A DNA stretch of 64,000 nt from Octopus vulgaris (GCA_951406725.2 OX597819.1:28582001-28646000), one strand, 5' to 3'. Shown: positions 42,785-57,524, counted from the first letter of the stretch. The notes: generated from the letters alone by a model not told the origin. Numbers and translations: made by a program.

Positions 42785-43123
42785 AAAACCCCCTTCGATC
42801 AAAAATGACCATGACATTGCACTCACAAAATTACCCTCCAAGGTACAAGTCCAAGCAAGGTTGCTTTTGTGGAAGACCAACAGTCTCCCTTGCATACCAG
42901 CCCTCATTCTCCACACCAGTGATGTTATCCAAGGGAAAGGCAAAGGCCGATACAGCTTGGTACCAGTGATGTCACAACTCATATCTATAGCTGAGTGAAC
43001 TGGAGCAACATGAAAATACTGTGTCTTGCTCAAGAACACAACACACAATCCAGTGACAAGAATTGAACTCACTACCTCATGGTTGTGAGCCTGATACTCT
43101 CACCACTGAGTCATATGCCTTCA
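42785..43123 (-). mobile_element. SINE family B
   Basis: Reverse complement of 5396-5729. Confidence 0.8.
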
Positions 43124-43144
43124 CAAAATTGGCTATACTTCTAC

Positions 43145-43595
43145 AGGCGTAGGAGTGGTTGTGTGGTAAGTAGCTTGCTTACGAACCACATGATTCCGGG
43201 TTCAGTCCCACTGTATGGCACCTTGGGCAAGTGTCTTCTCCTATAGCCTCAGGCCGACCAAAACCTTGTGAGTGGATTTGGTGGACGGAAACTGAAAGAA
43301 GCCCATCGTATATATGTGCATGTATATATATATATATATATATATATCTATATATATATATATGTATATATGTATGTATGTGTGTGTATATGCTTGTGTG
43401 TCTGTGTTTGTTCTCCCAACATCGTTTGACAACCGATGCTGGTGTGTATACATCCCCGTAACTTAGCGGTTCGACAAAAGAGACTGATAGAATAAGTACT
43501 AGGCTTACAAGGAATAAGTCCCGGGGTTGATTTTCTTGACTAAAGGCGGTGCTCCAGTATGACCACAGTCAAATGACTGAAATAACTAAAAGAGT
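43145..43595 (+). mobile_element. SINE family A, full length
   Basis: Matches 24558-24970. Confidence 0.85.
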
Positions 43596-44059
43596 AATAT
43601 ACAAAATTTTAAGAATTTTTAAATACAATCCCTAATAATATTCCAAATAATATTTAATTATTAAAAATATAATATAATTTTTTAAGCATTAAATGGTTAA
43701 GAGCATCCAAGGGATGCCTAGGTAAAAGAATGGTTGAGAAACACTGATTTAGGCAAAAGCATTTGAAGTAGAAGTTGAAATATGATTTAAAAGTAGAAAT
43801 ATCAAGATTGTGAAGAGGCCCAATAGTAAAAGATAAAGATGTGTGAGTTATTGAAACATTAGGTTGAGTTCTGAAAAAATTCTTATGTACCACATGGAAT
43901 GGTTGGACATAAGGGAAGGCATATAACTGCTCCAAAGAAAGGTACTCCATGCCTAAAGCCATTTGTTGAAATTTGCAGTTAACATGCTCAAGAAATGCTA
44001 AGCAAAACAAAAAACACCAACGAAAACAATTACATTATACCTATATTGTACAATGGAAT

Positions 44060-44126
44060 ATAATAATGATGATGACGAGATGATGGTAATGATGATGATG
44101 ATGATGGCGACGATGATGATAATGAC

Positions 44127-44157
<31 letters not shown>

Positions 44158-44165
44158 GCGACGAC

Positions 44166-44220
<55 letters not shown>

Positions 44221-44982
44221 GCGACGATGATGATGATGATAATGATGATAATGATGATGATGATAATAATAAAAATCTGTGAATGTTTCATTATATATCT
44301 GTGTGTGTGTGTGTGTGTGTGTGTACAGATATATATTTCGACATGTGTATGTCAGATTTTAGTTTTTGTATTGTGTTTTTGTATGTGTATATGGTTACAT
44401 TTATCCGTAGTCATATATAAAAAAAAAAAAATTAAATAAAAAGAAAGGAAATATTAACAAAAAAAAATCCATAAGCTGGATTGCTTGAAAAATAACTGGG
44501 AGTCAAAAGCTAACTCCAGTATGACAAGGAAGAAATGCATAGAAAACAAATGTATGATGATGATGATGATGATGGGAATAATAATAGTAATGAGGATGAT
44601 AATGGTCATGGTGATGGTTGGTGGTGATGGCAACAATGATGATGATGATAATAATGATTATGGTGATCATGGTGATGATCTTGATGATGATCATGGTGGT
44701 GGTGATGATGATGATGATGATGACAATGAAGATGATGATGACAATGATGATGATGGTGATGATGGTGAAGATGGTGATGATGATGATAACAATGGCAATA
44801 ATGGTGGTGGTGGTGGAGATGACAGTGATGACGATGAAGCAGATACCTGAACAAATTAGTTTTTAATAAAAATACATTTTAACGATAGTAATCAATAACA
44901 TGATTATTAAGATTAATCACCAAGAGACAGCTGTTGCTTGGAATACTGTATCACTGGCCGAATAATAATAATGATAGTAGTG

Positions 44983-45025
<43 letters not shown>

Positions 45026-45065
45026 CAGCAGCAGCAGCAGCAGTAGTAGTAGAAGTAGTAGTAGT

Positions 45066-45100
<35 letters not shown>

Positions 45101-45156
45101 AAGTAGTAGTAGTAATGACATTGATGATGATGATGATGATAATAATAAAAATGATA

Positions 45157-45195
<39 letters not shown>

Positions 45196-45196
45196 T
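44060..45196. repeat. Cluster of (GAT)n, (GGT)n, (TAG)n/(CAG)n and (AAT)n trinucleotide repeats
   Basis: Direct reading. Confidence 0.92.
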
Positions 45197-45662
45197 AATT
45201 GATTGCTCTTAGTTATTATGCATAACAATTAGATTTAATCTCATCCACAAACCCATATTACATATTTATAGGAAGAAAAAAGGCCAACTCAGACCTGTGG
45301 GTCACATTTCCAATTATTTGGCCAACTATCTCTATACCACAGGACTGCTTGATCAGGGCAACAACAACAACAACAACAACAATGATATTATCTATTTGTT
45401 GTTTGTATGTGTATTTCTACATTGGACCACAACCATGTTCTGGCCAAATGGTAAAGAGTTCACCTCACAATCATGTGGTTTCAAGTTGTGGGCTCAGGTT
45501 CGGTGTTACTGTATGGAATTTTGAGCAAGTGTACCATAGCCCGGGAGTCAAATGAAGCCTTGTGCATGAAATTAGGACAGATCAAAACAGTTTGGAAGCT
45601 TGTCAGATAGACAGTTCTTATTCAAAGAACCTGCTTTGATGATGAACATTTTATCCATTCTG

Positions 45663-45909
45663 TTGTGTCTGGGGAGAGTCATTTTCTTTTTGTGCTTTAT
45701 AATTTAACACACTCACCGGTTAAATTTCCACTTATTTTTATTTTCCTAAAATTTTTGTTGCGTCTTGCAACCTTTTCAAAGACTATTGAAAAGGTTGTAA
45801 GACGCAACAAAAATTTTAGGAAAATAAAAATAAGAAATAAGTGGAAATTTAACCGGTGAGTGTGTTAAATTATAATGCACAAAGAGAAAATGACTCTCCC
45901 CAGACACAA
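45663..45909. repeat. Near-perfect ~120-bp-arm palindrome (foldback/MITE-like)
   Basis: TTGTGTCTGGGGAGAGTCATTTTC...GAAAATGACTCTCCCCAGACACAA, ~6-nt spacer. Confidence 0.9.
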
Positions 45910-46776
45910 TAGAGTATGCTTCAACACACGAACTCACATAAAGAATCTTGCAAACCAAATCCCAAAACGAAATATTTTATACATTGATTCTTCTTAAGTG
46001 GTGATGTGTGGCTTAGTGGTTAGGGTGTTGAACTCATGATTGTAAGATTATGATTTCGATTCCTGGACTGGGTGATGCATTGCATTCTTGAGCAAGACAT
46101 TTCATTTCACATTGCTCCAGTCCACTCAGGTGGCATAATGAGTATTCCTGTAATGGTTTAGCATCCTGTCCAGAAGGTAGTATATACACCACAGAATCCA
46201 GGAAACCAATCCTATGAGTCTATTTGACTCAAAAAGGAACTAGCTTATTGTCCTTAAGAATTATATTAAGGGTACACATGTCAGTAAAATAATAAACCAC
46301 TTTTATGCTAATTGAGTAGGTTGTTTTATTGATTAAATAACATCGTAATAAAATTTTTATGTTTTTGTCTTTGGTCAGTAAGTTGTTATTTCCTATTTGC
46401 TTCTATCTAGGAATCAAAGGAAATGACAATCATTCCCTTCAAACTTTTCTTTTGTGACCTGTACATCAATGTTTTGAAACTGACTTATTTTCCATTATAT
46501 TTCAGACAGATTCAATACTGAGTTACTGAAGCAGAGATACCCTTATAGCAAATATTCTGCTTGTCAGATGTTTGACCATAACCATTTGAGCATGTCCTTA
46601 AGCAGCTGACAATATGTGCATCTCTGATCATGAGCAGGTGTAGTGGGGGATCATCATAGCATACATATATACATACATACACACACATATCGATATAGAT
46701 ATATACATACATACATTCATATATATATACATATACATACATACATTCATATTTATATACATATACATACATACAT

Positions 46777-46843
<67 letters not shown>

Positions 46844-47458
46844 ACATTAAGATTCAGTTGAATTGGATACTTAAATTGAGGCTCCTTGCTAGTTTGATAT
46901 AGTCTGCACACTTCAACAATATTATTTGAATATTGAATATCAAGACTCCGTATAAGGGTGTTTGTACTTAATATTCCTGTTGTATGTACAGACAACTCAA
47001 CCCAACTAAGTGAAGATATCTGTGCTTGGTAATTCAGACATGTACTTTTTATATAAAGGTACTTTCTATAGTATTTCCGAAGTGCAGATTCCAAGTTGGG
47101 TAAACAGAATATAAGAAAGTAACAAAGATGTAGAGGTGTCAATTCATTCTGGCTGTTTCAAGCAGCTCCATTTAATTAACAAGAACTTTATATCAATTTG
47201 AAAGAAACTGCTCTCTTCAGATGACCACATGGGTATCAAACATAAAGGGTAAATCATTTTTATAAACAAATTTGCATCAGTAGTGGAAACTAAAATATTT
47301 ACATTGTTCCCTATTGTTATATCTATGCCAGAAAAAGTTTACAAAATAATGCATATCTTGCTAAGCCTACTATGATTTGGAGAGTAGCAGAGGGAATAGT
47401 AGGGGTCAAAATAAAAAGAGCGGTGATGTAGTTACTTGTATTTAGAAGACTTTATATA

Positions 47459-48695
47459 TTGGGCTGTATGGGAAAGTTCGTGCCGATTTATAGTAGCTTA
47501 CCTTTCGACTTATTTCAGAACATGGTTGAGTCCATAAATAGGATTTGACTACACCTCCATTTAGAGCACAGTTTAAGCTATCTTTTCGTTGAAGATGGTT
47601 TGTTCCTATAACCTGTGTTAATTCTGTAACCCTTTATTTTTGGCACTTGATGCTTTTCTTTTCCCATAAAGGGAAAAATGCCTCACAAGCAACTAGTTTA
47701 CGGTGATGTTTTTTTATCCAAAAGAACTGTACGGAAGTGGTTCACAAGGTTCCAAGCTGGAGATTGTAGCCTTATTGATAAAGAGCGATCAGGCAGACCA
47801 ACCACTACAGATGATGACCAAATCAAGTCATTAATTGAGAATAACCCACATTGCACAACCTGAGAATTGGCAGAAAGCCTCAGCCTATCAAAATCCATCA
47901 TTCATGAGCACCTGGTAAAGCTTGGGTACACAAATTGCTACGATGTTTGGGTACCACACGAGTTGAGTGAGAAGAACTTTTTGGATCGCATTTCCATCTG
48001 TGATTTGCTTTATAAATGGAATGAAAACATGCCTTTTTTTTAAAACAAATTGTGACAGGTGATGCGAAATGGATTATCTACTGAAATGTTCAGAGAAAGC
48101 GATCCTGGAGTAAGTGACATGAGCCACCCTAAAAGCGGGTCTTCACCCTAAAAAAGTCTTGCTTTGTGTCTAGTGGGATTGGAAAGGAATTCTGTACTGT
48201 GAGCTTCTTCCTAGTAACCAGCCAATTAATTCTGAGAAATACTGCACACAACTAGATGAGTTAAAAGCAGTAATTCAAGAGAAACAGCCAGAATTGGCCA
48301 ACAGGAAGGGTCTTGTTTTCCAACATGATAATGCAAGACCGCACACTTCTTTGGAAACCAGACAAAAATTGCTGCAGCTCAGCTGGAATGTGTTACCCCA
48401 CCCTCCATATTCACCAGATATTGCTCCTTTGGATTTCCACTTATTCAGGTCTCTGCAGAATAGTCTTAATGGTAAAAATTTCAATTCCTTGGATGACGTA
48501 AAAAGATATCTTGATGAATTCTTTGCCATGAAACCACCTCAATTCTGGGAAGAGGGTATTTTCAAATTAAAGGGAAGATGGAGACGCATTGTGCAACAAA
48601 ATGGTTCATATTTGGTTGATTAAAAATGTAATGGTAAGTATTTATTGACCTTTTTCTTGCCTTTGAAAATGGCACAAACTTTCTGGACAACCCAA
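47459..48695 (+). mobile_element. Full-length (1237 bp) decayed mariner transposon
   Basis: TIRs TTGGGCTGTATGGGAAAGTTCGTGCC / GGCACAAACTTTCTGGACAACCCAA, TA on both flanks. Confidence 0.93.
47660..48623 (+). pseudogene. Mariner DD34D transposase pseudogene
   Basis: ERSGRP, WVPHEL, VTGDAKW, FQHDNARPH, HPPYSPDIAPLDFHLF; stops and frameshifts. Confidence 0.9.
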
Positions 48696-49847
48696 TAAGG
48701 AAATAGTCCTTGGTATTGCCTTAATATATATACTATGTACTTCTACTCATATGACAATTTCATTCAGTTATACATTCATTATAGAATGTTGCTTCATGAC
48801 CTTTTTAATGATTTGCTTCAGAAATGTCCTATTAGTTCTCCTTATATATATATTATCCCATTATTAACGATTTGCTTCAGAAATGTCCTATTAGTTCTCC
48901 TTATATATATATTATCCCATTATTAAGTTTTAAGTTTAATTTCTGTCCTTATTCTATATATTGATTTAGAGTTTCTCAATTTAATATATTAAATTTGCTA
49001 AGTTATAAATTACTATTTCCCAGCATCCTTCAATTCTAATTTCCACCCCTACAGCTTATATTACTTATCTCTTTTGGTTTTTCATTATATTCCCCTTTAT
49101 CTGATATTCTAAATAAGTATTGACCACCCCTATCCTTCTTTCTGCAGAGTGACCACCCCTTTCCCATCAGTCATTCTCTTACCAGCAACTCTGCAACATA
49201 CCCTTTTATGTAGATAAGGTTAGATATATGGTTCGAGTACATTGAGAGTCTAGCAGATTGTTTGACTTCAATTGATTTATCACCACCAACTAGAATACAG
49301 CTGACAACTCCCCAGGGATTTAATTCTAAATAGTTGAAGAATACATGTAACATAAAGTCTTCTAAATAGAAGTAACTACATCACCACTCTTTTCATTTTG
49401 ACCCCTACTATTCCCTCTGCTACTCTCTAAATTATAGTAGGCTTAGCAAGATATGCATTACTTTCTAAACTTATTCTGCCATTGATATAACAATAGGGAA
49501 CAATGTAAATATTTTAGTTTCCACTACTGATGCAAATTTGTTTATAAAAATGATTTACCCTTTATGTTTGATACCCATGTGGTCATCTGAAGAGAGCAGT
49601 TTCTTTCAAATTGATATAAAGTTCTCATTAATTAAATGGAGCTGCTTGAAACGATCATAATAAATTGATACCTGTACATCTTTGTTTCTTATTTATATTC
49701 ATATATATATATCGAAGGGCTCTGCTCGAAACGTAAAACCCTCCTTCTTCCCTTCCTTCCTGAGCATCCAATAATACTATATTTGTTCCACGTCCTCACG
49801 TTGTGTTTTCTCTTTGTGTTTTCATGTTTGGATTAACTTTATATATA

Positions 49848-50376
49848 TGAGACCTATGGAAGTATGCTGTGTGTGAGAAGACCCGGCAGGACAAGTGAGA
49901 CCATAACCCATAGCCTCTACCTGGGATGTAGCCAGTCGACTTATGCATACCTTTCCTTCTTGGGACACAAAACTTCACTTGTGAAAACCTGTTGAGGCAA
50001 GTGGAAATCAAATCAGAACCAAAATCAAAGTCGATCAACATCAATGGAAATTGCAGCTGTGATACCAGTGCCTGTGGCACGTAAGCGAACCATTGCCAGC
50101 ACTGCCGACTGGCCTCTGCGTCGATGGCACGTAAAAAGCACCATCCGACCATGGCTGTTGGCCAGTCCCATCTGGCACCTGTGCCTGTGGCATGTAAAAA
50201 GCACCCACTACACTCACGGAGTGGTTGGCGTTAGGAAGGGCATCCAGCTGTAGAAACATTGACAGATCAGACTGGGCCTGGTGCAGCCTTCTGGCTTCCC
50301 AGACCCCAGTTGAACCGTCCAATCCATGCTGGCATGGAAAGCGGACGCTAAATGATGATGATGATGATGATGATGA
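49848..50376 (+). mobile_element. Long SINE family D copy
   Basis: Core and tail; its 5' part matches 59640-59830 in reverse. Confidence 0.75.
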
Positions 50377-50407
50377 TATATATATATATATATATATATA
50401 TGAAGGC

Positions 50408-50620
50408 ATTTAGTATGGTATTATCCATATAATTCAAAATGGAGTGATTATAATCAAAATAAGTAACAAGGATATCCAGAGGTAATGCAGTACAATCGTT
50501 TCATGCGACTCCATTTAAGTCACATGAAACTATCATACTGCATTACCTCTGGATATCGTTGTTGCTTATTTTGATTATAAACACTCCATTTTGAATTATA
50601 TGGATAATACCATACTAAAT
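50408..50620. repeat. Palindrome in (TA)n with hammerhead 3' half near the axis
   Basis: ATTTAGTATGGTATTATCCATATAATTCAAAATGGAGTG mirrored; minus strand of left arm reads GAAAC-gatt-GTA-ctgc. Confidence 0.85.
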
Positions 50621-51927
50621 TCTGGTGCCTTTGACTTAAGTACCATATTCAAATGAATCTAAATTTTACTGAACTTATATATATATATTATATAAAATCC
50701 GTTCTGTCTGTCTGTGTGTGTGTCTTCTAGGATCTCGGGCATCCTTCATCCGATTGCACTCAAATTTGATATGTGGATACTGACGGTATCAGGGCTTGTA
50801 TAAATTTTGAAAAACTTACAAAAATCGATTCCAGGTGAGAATGCAATCAATAAAGCTGTTTTTGTCCTGCTTTTCTTTCGTCAACCTTTACATAACTGCA
50901 CCTTCAATTTTTTGTTGTTTTTGTACTGCTGAAAGGCACGTTTCTTTCCTGCCAAGCTTACTGTTTAAACCATGTTTGTGTTCTCCCAGTCAACAACCTT
51001 ATCATTATTGGTACTTTATACTCTTCAGTTGCATATTTGTGTGAATAAAATCGTTTTCCTTTGGAATAAAAAAGTCTATCTTTATTTCTTCTTTTGCTGG
51101 TGTCTCAAATTTAGGTTAAATCAGTGTTTCTCAAACAACATTGGCCTATAGGACGGTTGGACAAGTTGTTTTGAGAAAAAATGTATTAAATCCATTGTAG
51201 ACAGAATAGGCCTATGATCATCAGCCTATGATCATCTGTGACCATTCCTGTTTATTTTAAGACATTGTAGCTGTGATTGCATCATCCAATGTCACCTTCC
51301 TCATTTTAATACAGTAGGGTGTGATTTGAAGAAGTTTGGTTGCTATTTCTTGCAAAGACAACGAGCACAGACAGGCTTCTTTATTTACCTGATTTTTGAG
51401 CTGGTACACAAGATCTCAAATTGGATGGCTATAATTCTTACAACTATTTATGCTGAAACATCAATGTTAGTTCAGGATTGTGCAGTTATCTGGACACCAA
51501 GCCCTAAAAAGATACAGTTGCTAAGTTGGAGATACTTGATATTGAGAGCAAAAGCAAATTTCAATTCATTAAAACTAGGTCTTTATCTGTTGCTATGCTG
51601 CCAGTAAAAATATTTGTTAATCATGCATGTACCTTCTTTTACTTGTTGACTGTTATATAGTGAAAGTCTCATTAGTTACTATGGTGTCAACACTATCTAT
51701 CTGTCTGTCTGTCTGTCTGGTTGTCTGTCTATCTATCACACACACGCATACATACACACACTTTCTCTTTCTCTTGATGTATTTCTCTCTCAACAACAAC
51801 CTATTTTTCTTGAAGTAAATTTTAATTGTTTCACACACACACGCCCACACATACACACACACGCACACAAACACACACTCACCCTCCTCTCTTTCTCTCC
51901 CTCTTTCTCTCTCTCTCTTTCTCTCTA

Positions 51928-51958
<31 letters not shown>

Positions 51959-52111
51959 TTCACTGAATTTCTCTCTGAACAACAGCAACAACATTGGCAA
52001 CCTGCCGTTATAGTGAAAGTCTTTTAAAATATGCTCTACATTGTCTCTGTGTTGAAAGACATATAGAAGCACATAGACACACACACGCACACACACACAA
52101 ATACACACACA

Positions 52112-52175
<64 letters not shown>

Positions 52176-52819
52176 AACAACCAAGGCTAAAAATAACTCT
52201 CTGTATTGTTAAAATTGCCTTTGCAATAATGTAAGGAAAATATAGACTTAATGAGTGATGTCAAAGCAAAATGTAGACAACTCTGAAATTTTAATTAGTC
52301 AAAATTTACATTACACATACATATTAACTCAAGGACAATTTTAAAATTAATCTAATATTTAGTAAGCATGGTGGTAACATGGAGAGGAAAATATACACTT
52401 GAGCAATCCAAATTCAAATCCGGTGAAGGTTACCTTTGCCTTTTATTCTTTTTGGATTAATAAATAAAATACCATTGAAGGTAGCGGATTGACAGAACTG
52501 TAAGAAGGCTGGATTGGAAAGCTTGTGGTACTTGTTCTGGCTCTTTCTGAATTTAATTCTCACCATGGCCTACTTGTGTATTTGACTGATTTTATCATTC
52601 ATCACCTAGTTTATCACCTGATCCTTGATTAGCAGAATCCACTATGTTGTATTTGTGTCAGGTCTTCAATTTGAGAATATATTTCCCTCTCCTTTCAGAG
52701 TACCTCCCTATAAAAGATTATAGGCACTGCCTTACTTCCTGACTAAAAGATTAAAAAAGACTACCCAAATATAGGACCCAGAATTAGAGATAACTAGAAG
52801 GCAGAGTCAGTTGACCAGC

Positions 52820-53560
52820 TCAAGGATGCACTGACCATATACTGAGAGGAATCTGAAAAGCTCGGGCTTCAGGTGAGTTGGCTGAAGACCAAGACGATGC
52901 ATGTTGGTGATGGTGTGAACCCTCCCCCACTTCATATTGGCCCTGACGTCATGGAGTTTGTCAACTTCATCAACCTGGGGTCCATAGTCACCAACAATAG
53001 AGATCTGACTCTGGAGATCAATCGCAAATGTGGCCGGGCCATCAGGGTCATATACTCCCAATGGAAGTCCCTTTGATACAACTGCTCTATCTCTCAGAAG
53101 ATGAAGCTCCACATCTACAACATGTTGGTCCTCACTGTTCTCCACTATGGAGCAGAAACATGGTCCTTCATGAAGATCCTGGTAAAGAGGTTTGATATCC
53201 TTGACATCAGAACTCTGAAAACCACCAAGAACATCAGGTGGTACCATCATGTTTTCAATGAAGAGCCAAGGGCATGCACACATCAGCTTACAGTCTCCTA
53301 CCTCATAACTATCTGTCATGTGTTAGTATGGACATGTCTTCTGCCTCCAGCCAGATCATCTTACTAGGGTCTTACTCTCATTCAATGCAGCTGCTGCAAG
53401 CTGAAACAAGTGACGTGATTAAAGAAAATCCCCAGAGGTTTAATGTTACCTTGGAGGATGCAGAGGGGCTGGCACAGGACTGCTAGTTATGGTGGGTGGG
53501 GGCACTGGTGGAGCTGGTTGGCTCTATGCACAATGACATCTTTGGGACTGCTAACCTGGG
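52820..53560 (+). pseudogene. Decayed RTE-clade LINE 3' RT region
   Basis: LGLQVSWLKTK, FINLGSIV, KLHIYNMLVLTVLHYGAETW, IRWYHHVFNEE. Confidence 0.8.
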
Positions 53561-53600
53561 ATCACCCCAGCCCGTTGAGCAAAAGTAGAGAGAGAGAAAA

Positions 53601-53631
<31 letters not shown>

Positions 53632-53911
53632 CAGACAGAGAAAGCCAGAGAAGGCAGAGTCTGAAATCAGAAACAAGCCCATCATAATGATTGCTTTGAG
53701 GATAATTATCTTTCAAGAAAGGTTTTACATCTATCAGGCCCCGAGAAGAATTAGACTGTGATAAAGGTGTCTGCATTCATAAAAGCGTCTTGAGAAATAT
53801 TATTCTTTGAAATATTATTCTTTGAAAAGGGCAGCTACATCACAGTATTTCATTTCCATCACTGAAATTTGTCACACATGGCCTTAGATTTCAGTGCTTG
53901 AAAATGGGATC

Positions 53912-54195
53912 ATTATCATCATCATCATCATTTAACGTCCGCTTTCCATGCTAGCATGGGTTGGACGATTTGACTGAGGTCTGGTGAACCAGATTCAAAT
54001 CTGATCTGGCAGAGTTTCTACAGCTGGATGCCCTTCCTAACGCCAACCACCCCGAGAGTGTAGTGGGTGCTTTTACGAGCCACCGGCACGAGGGCCAGTT
54101 TGGTGGTACTGGCAATGACCATGCCCAAATGGTACTTTTTACGTGCCACCAGCACAGGAGCCAGTCCAGCGGCACTGGCGACGACCTCGCTCAGC
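53912..54195 (-). mobile_element. SINE family D
   Basis: Matches 41443-41650. Confidence 0.8.
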
Positions 54196-55250
54196 TTATA
54201 ATTATTTGAGGAGAGCATCAGCTGTATTGTCCAGATTATCCATCCATCCATCCATCCATCTTCTTAGCCCACTAACTCTGGGAGGGTCGTGGGAGTAGAT
54301 TTCTCAGGCATCTCTTTTATAGGGTCCTATCAGAAGCAACTGTCACTGATATTTATGGTTGGATTCAGTAGCATGACCAACTGACCCCATAAATATTATC
54401 CAACCATCTCATTCTTGGTCTACTGGTAAGCCTGGGGAAGAAGGATTGGACGAAGTAGTTAATATGGACTATGGGGTGGTGGAGATAGTATGGGAATAAG
54501 AGGAAGTGGGATAATTGAGTCAAGAGTGTCTGAGTGGATGTGGTGTAAGATGAACCAGGTCTGAGAAGCAGTAGCCATCCATCATACTTAGCAGTAGAAA
54601 GGGCAGGGAGTAGAGACCTCATGTCTGGACCATAGGTTGGAATTTATTGGTGGATGACTTCATGCTTATCAACTGAATTGTGTTTCTTTGGATGCAGCTT
54701 AGTTTATCTGTATGTGTAATAACAACAAAACAGTCTCACTCTAACTCTCCAACAGCATAAACTTCAGAATAAAATATATTTAAATTTTAAAGAATTAAAA
54801 AAAGTAGAAAATTTCCCATTATTTTATTATTCAAAACCCAGACCATCAAATTATTTAGACTTCAATTCTAATTACTCTTTCTCTCTCTCACTCTCTCTCT
54901 CTCTTTCTCTCTTTCACACATTCACACACACACACACTTACTCTCTTCATCTATCTATACGTTTATCTATCCATCTATCTGTTTCTTTTTCGCTCTGTTA
55001 TTATGTATGACTGATCAGAAAATCAACACAACATTGCCCAAAGATATTTGCTAACAATTCACAAATATATGCTGTAACATAGGAAACATGCCTACAACCA
55101 AAACAAAACTTATCTCTGTGAATTGACTTCCAGATATGTCAGAAGAGAGATAACAACCGAAAGAAATATGAATTTCTAGAAATCTTTTTTATCATAGAGA
55201 AATAATATTTCCCCTTCTTTGTAATGTGTGTGTGTGTATGTGTGTATGTA

Positions 55251-55293
<43 letters not shown>

Positions 55294-55777
55294 ATGTATG
55301 TATGTATGTATGTATGTATGAATGTATGTATGCATGTATGTATATCATCATCGTCATTATCATCATCATCGTCATTGTTGTCATCATCATCATCATCATT
55401 ATCATCATCATCTTCATTGTTGTTGTCATTATCATCATCATCTAACGTCTGTTTTCCATGCTGGCATGGGTTAGACCATGTCACAGGAGCTGGCAAGTCA
55501 GACGACTGCGCCAAACTCTACTGTCTGATTTGGCATGGTTTCTATGTTTGGATGCCCTTCCTAATGCTAACCGCTTTACAGAGTGTACTAGGTGCTTTTT
55601 ACATGGACACAGCAGCAGTGAAGCCACCAAATAACTTGCAAGACAAGGTCCCTCAGCTGTCGGGGGTTACTAATATTGAGGCAGGTGGCTTTGTGCTAGA
55701 TTAGAAAGATTAGAGCAGGCATAGAGGGACAGAAATAGGTGTTTTGTAATAAGGGAGATATATGACTACCTCAGTAC

Positions 55778-56000
55778 AAGAGAGAGGAAAGAGAGGGGAT
55801 AGAGGATAGAGAGAAGAGCAAGGCGAGGGAGTGAAGAGTGGGGAGAGAGAGAAGAGAGAGAAGCAAGAGAGAAGAGTGAGAAGAGAGGTGATGAGAGAGA
55901 GAGAGAGCTAGAGGAGAGAGAAGGGAGCATGAGAATAGAGTGGAGTGAGGAGAGAGATAGAGAGAAAGTGAGGAGAGAGGGAGAGAAGATGGTGAAGATA
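55778..56000. repeat. Polypurine (GA-rich) low-complexity tract
   Basis: Direct reading. Confidence 0.85.
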
Positions 56001-56324
56001 TCATGGATGGGGTACATTCAAGTTACAGGGTGGGGTATATAAATGAGTTGGAATCAAGGATTGGGTAGGGTAAGTGGGGGAAGGAGGTAAGTGTGGGAGA
56101 TTGCAAGAGGAGAGTGGGAGGCAGAGGGGAGGGAATGGAATGTAGTGAGTGGACACAAATAGAGGGAGGGGATGTTAGTGGGGGATATGTGGTGGGGAAA
56201 AGATTCAACAGGGACACATCTGTGTGCAAAGGGAGAATGGAAAATAGAATGGAAGGAAAGAGAATACAGTGAGTAATGAACTTGTGTAGAAGATGGGTTG
56301 TAGGGGAAAGGTAATTTAGGGCCA

Positions 56325-56510
56325 GGGCTGTGAGCCGGCAGAAACGTTAGCACGCCGGGCGAAATGCGTAGCCGTATTTCGTCTGCCGTTACGTTCTGAG
56401 TTCAAATTTCCGCCGAGGTCGACTTTGCCTTTCATCCTTTCAGGGTCGATAAATTAAGTACCAGTTATGCCTCTCTGTGTTTAGCCCCTTGTGGGTAGTA
56501 AAGAAATAGG
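56325..56510 (+). mobile_element. SINE family C, internally deleted
   Basis: Matches 1655-1790 and the 1843-1880 tail. Confidence 0.8.
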
Positions 56511-56779
56511 TATGTTTGGGCCAGATTGTGTGCCAGAGCAGGATATAAATGACATACCTTTATGGCCTCAATTTTTCTAAGTTAGACTAGCACAGCAAAT
56601 CGCTAATAATCTTGGTCTTTGTCATCTTCACATTTAAAGATCAGCGCTTCATTCATATGCAGCTGTCTTCATTCATACACATCAGATGACCACACCATCA
56701 CAATCTTCTCTCTTGTATACCACATGTAATGCCTCTTATATCCAATTTTAGTCCCATTGTATTTACACTTTGTTATACA

Positions 56780-57158
56780 CCAGCAGTATTGCCTGGCGTT
56801 GCTCGGGTTTGTAAGGGAAATAACTATGTAAGCATTTTTAGAGATGTAAAGTATAATAACCATCTCAATATGGCTAACCACAAAGGGGGGGGGGTGTTAC
56901 TGTAGCTTTTTACATTCTGAGATTTAATAATAAATTTTTAGAGAGTTATTTCCCTTATATATGCCAAAAAATGCATTAAAAATGGGAAAAATTGATGGTA
57001 AATTTTTTTTTAAATCGTAGACTCATCGTAGATGCACGCTAATACCCAGAAGGGCTCGATATGAATCACGACTATAAGATACCCGGTTTTGTGGGAGTAG
57101 TTAGGAATCTGAATCATAGGAGACAGACAACACACAACCTCACTTTTATATATAAAGA
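56780..57158 (-). mobile_element. Non-autonomous Helitron
   Basis: Minus strand A|TCTTTATATATAAAAG ... CCCGAGCAACGCCAGG hairpin ... CTGG|T (5' TC, 3' CTRR, A/T insertion site). Confidence 0.75.
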
Positions 57159-57524
57159 TGTACACTGACATTGCACATCCAATAGGGAATGCTGGCCTCG
57201 TTTTTCAAGCCTTCACATTTCCTCTGTAGTCATAGTCCACATTTCTCTACCATGTAGCATTGCTGTTTGTACACAAGCATTGTACAATCTACCTTTACAA
57301 AGGTAATAGCTCTCTGAACTTTGCCCAACTGGTTCTAATTCAAGCAACTATGCTTTCAAAGCATCCCCTGCCACTGCTAATTAGGTTACCTAGGTAATGG
57401 AAACTGTCTATTACTCAACGAATCCCACTAGGCATTGGAGAAATCTATTTCCTGTATGTTCTTAGTGTTTATAGTTCCTGCACATCTGCCACACACAAAG
57501 ACTGCTTTCTCTCACTTTTCTTTT

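Larger units (their letters stand above)
47113..49690. repeat. Long inverted repeat, arms ~47113-47455 and ~49352-49690, with degenerate long-stem-II hammerhead (49583-49663)
   Basis: Arms are reverse complements; tcat-CTGAAGA-gagcag..ctgctt-GAAA-cgatc-ATA in the right arm. Confidence 0.85.

Noticed and set aside
44053-45228. Poly-M/D/H/S ORFs
   Set aside because: Trinucleotide microsatellites with no flanking coding signal
54250-54640. Short LINE-like peptides (RPRMRWLDNI, QSFFPR) on the minus strand
   Set aside because: Too short and decayed to assign or delimit
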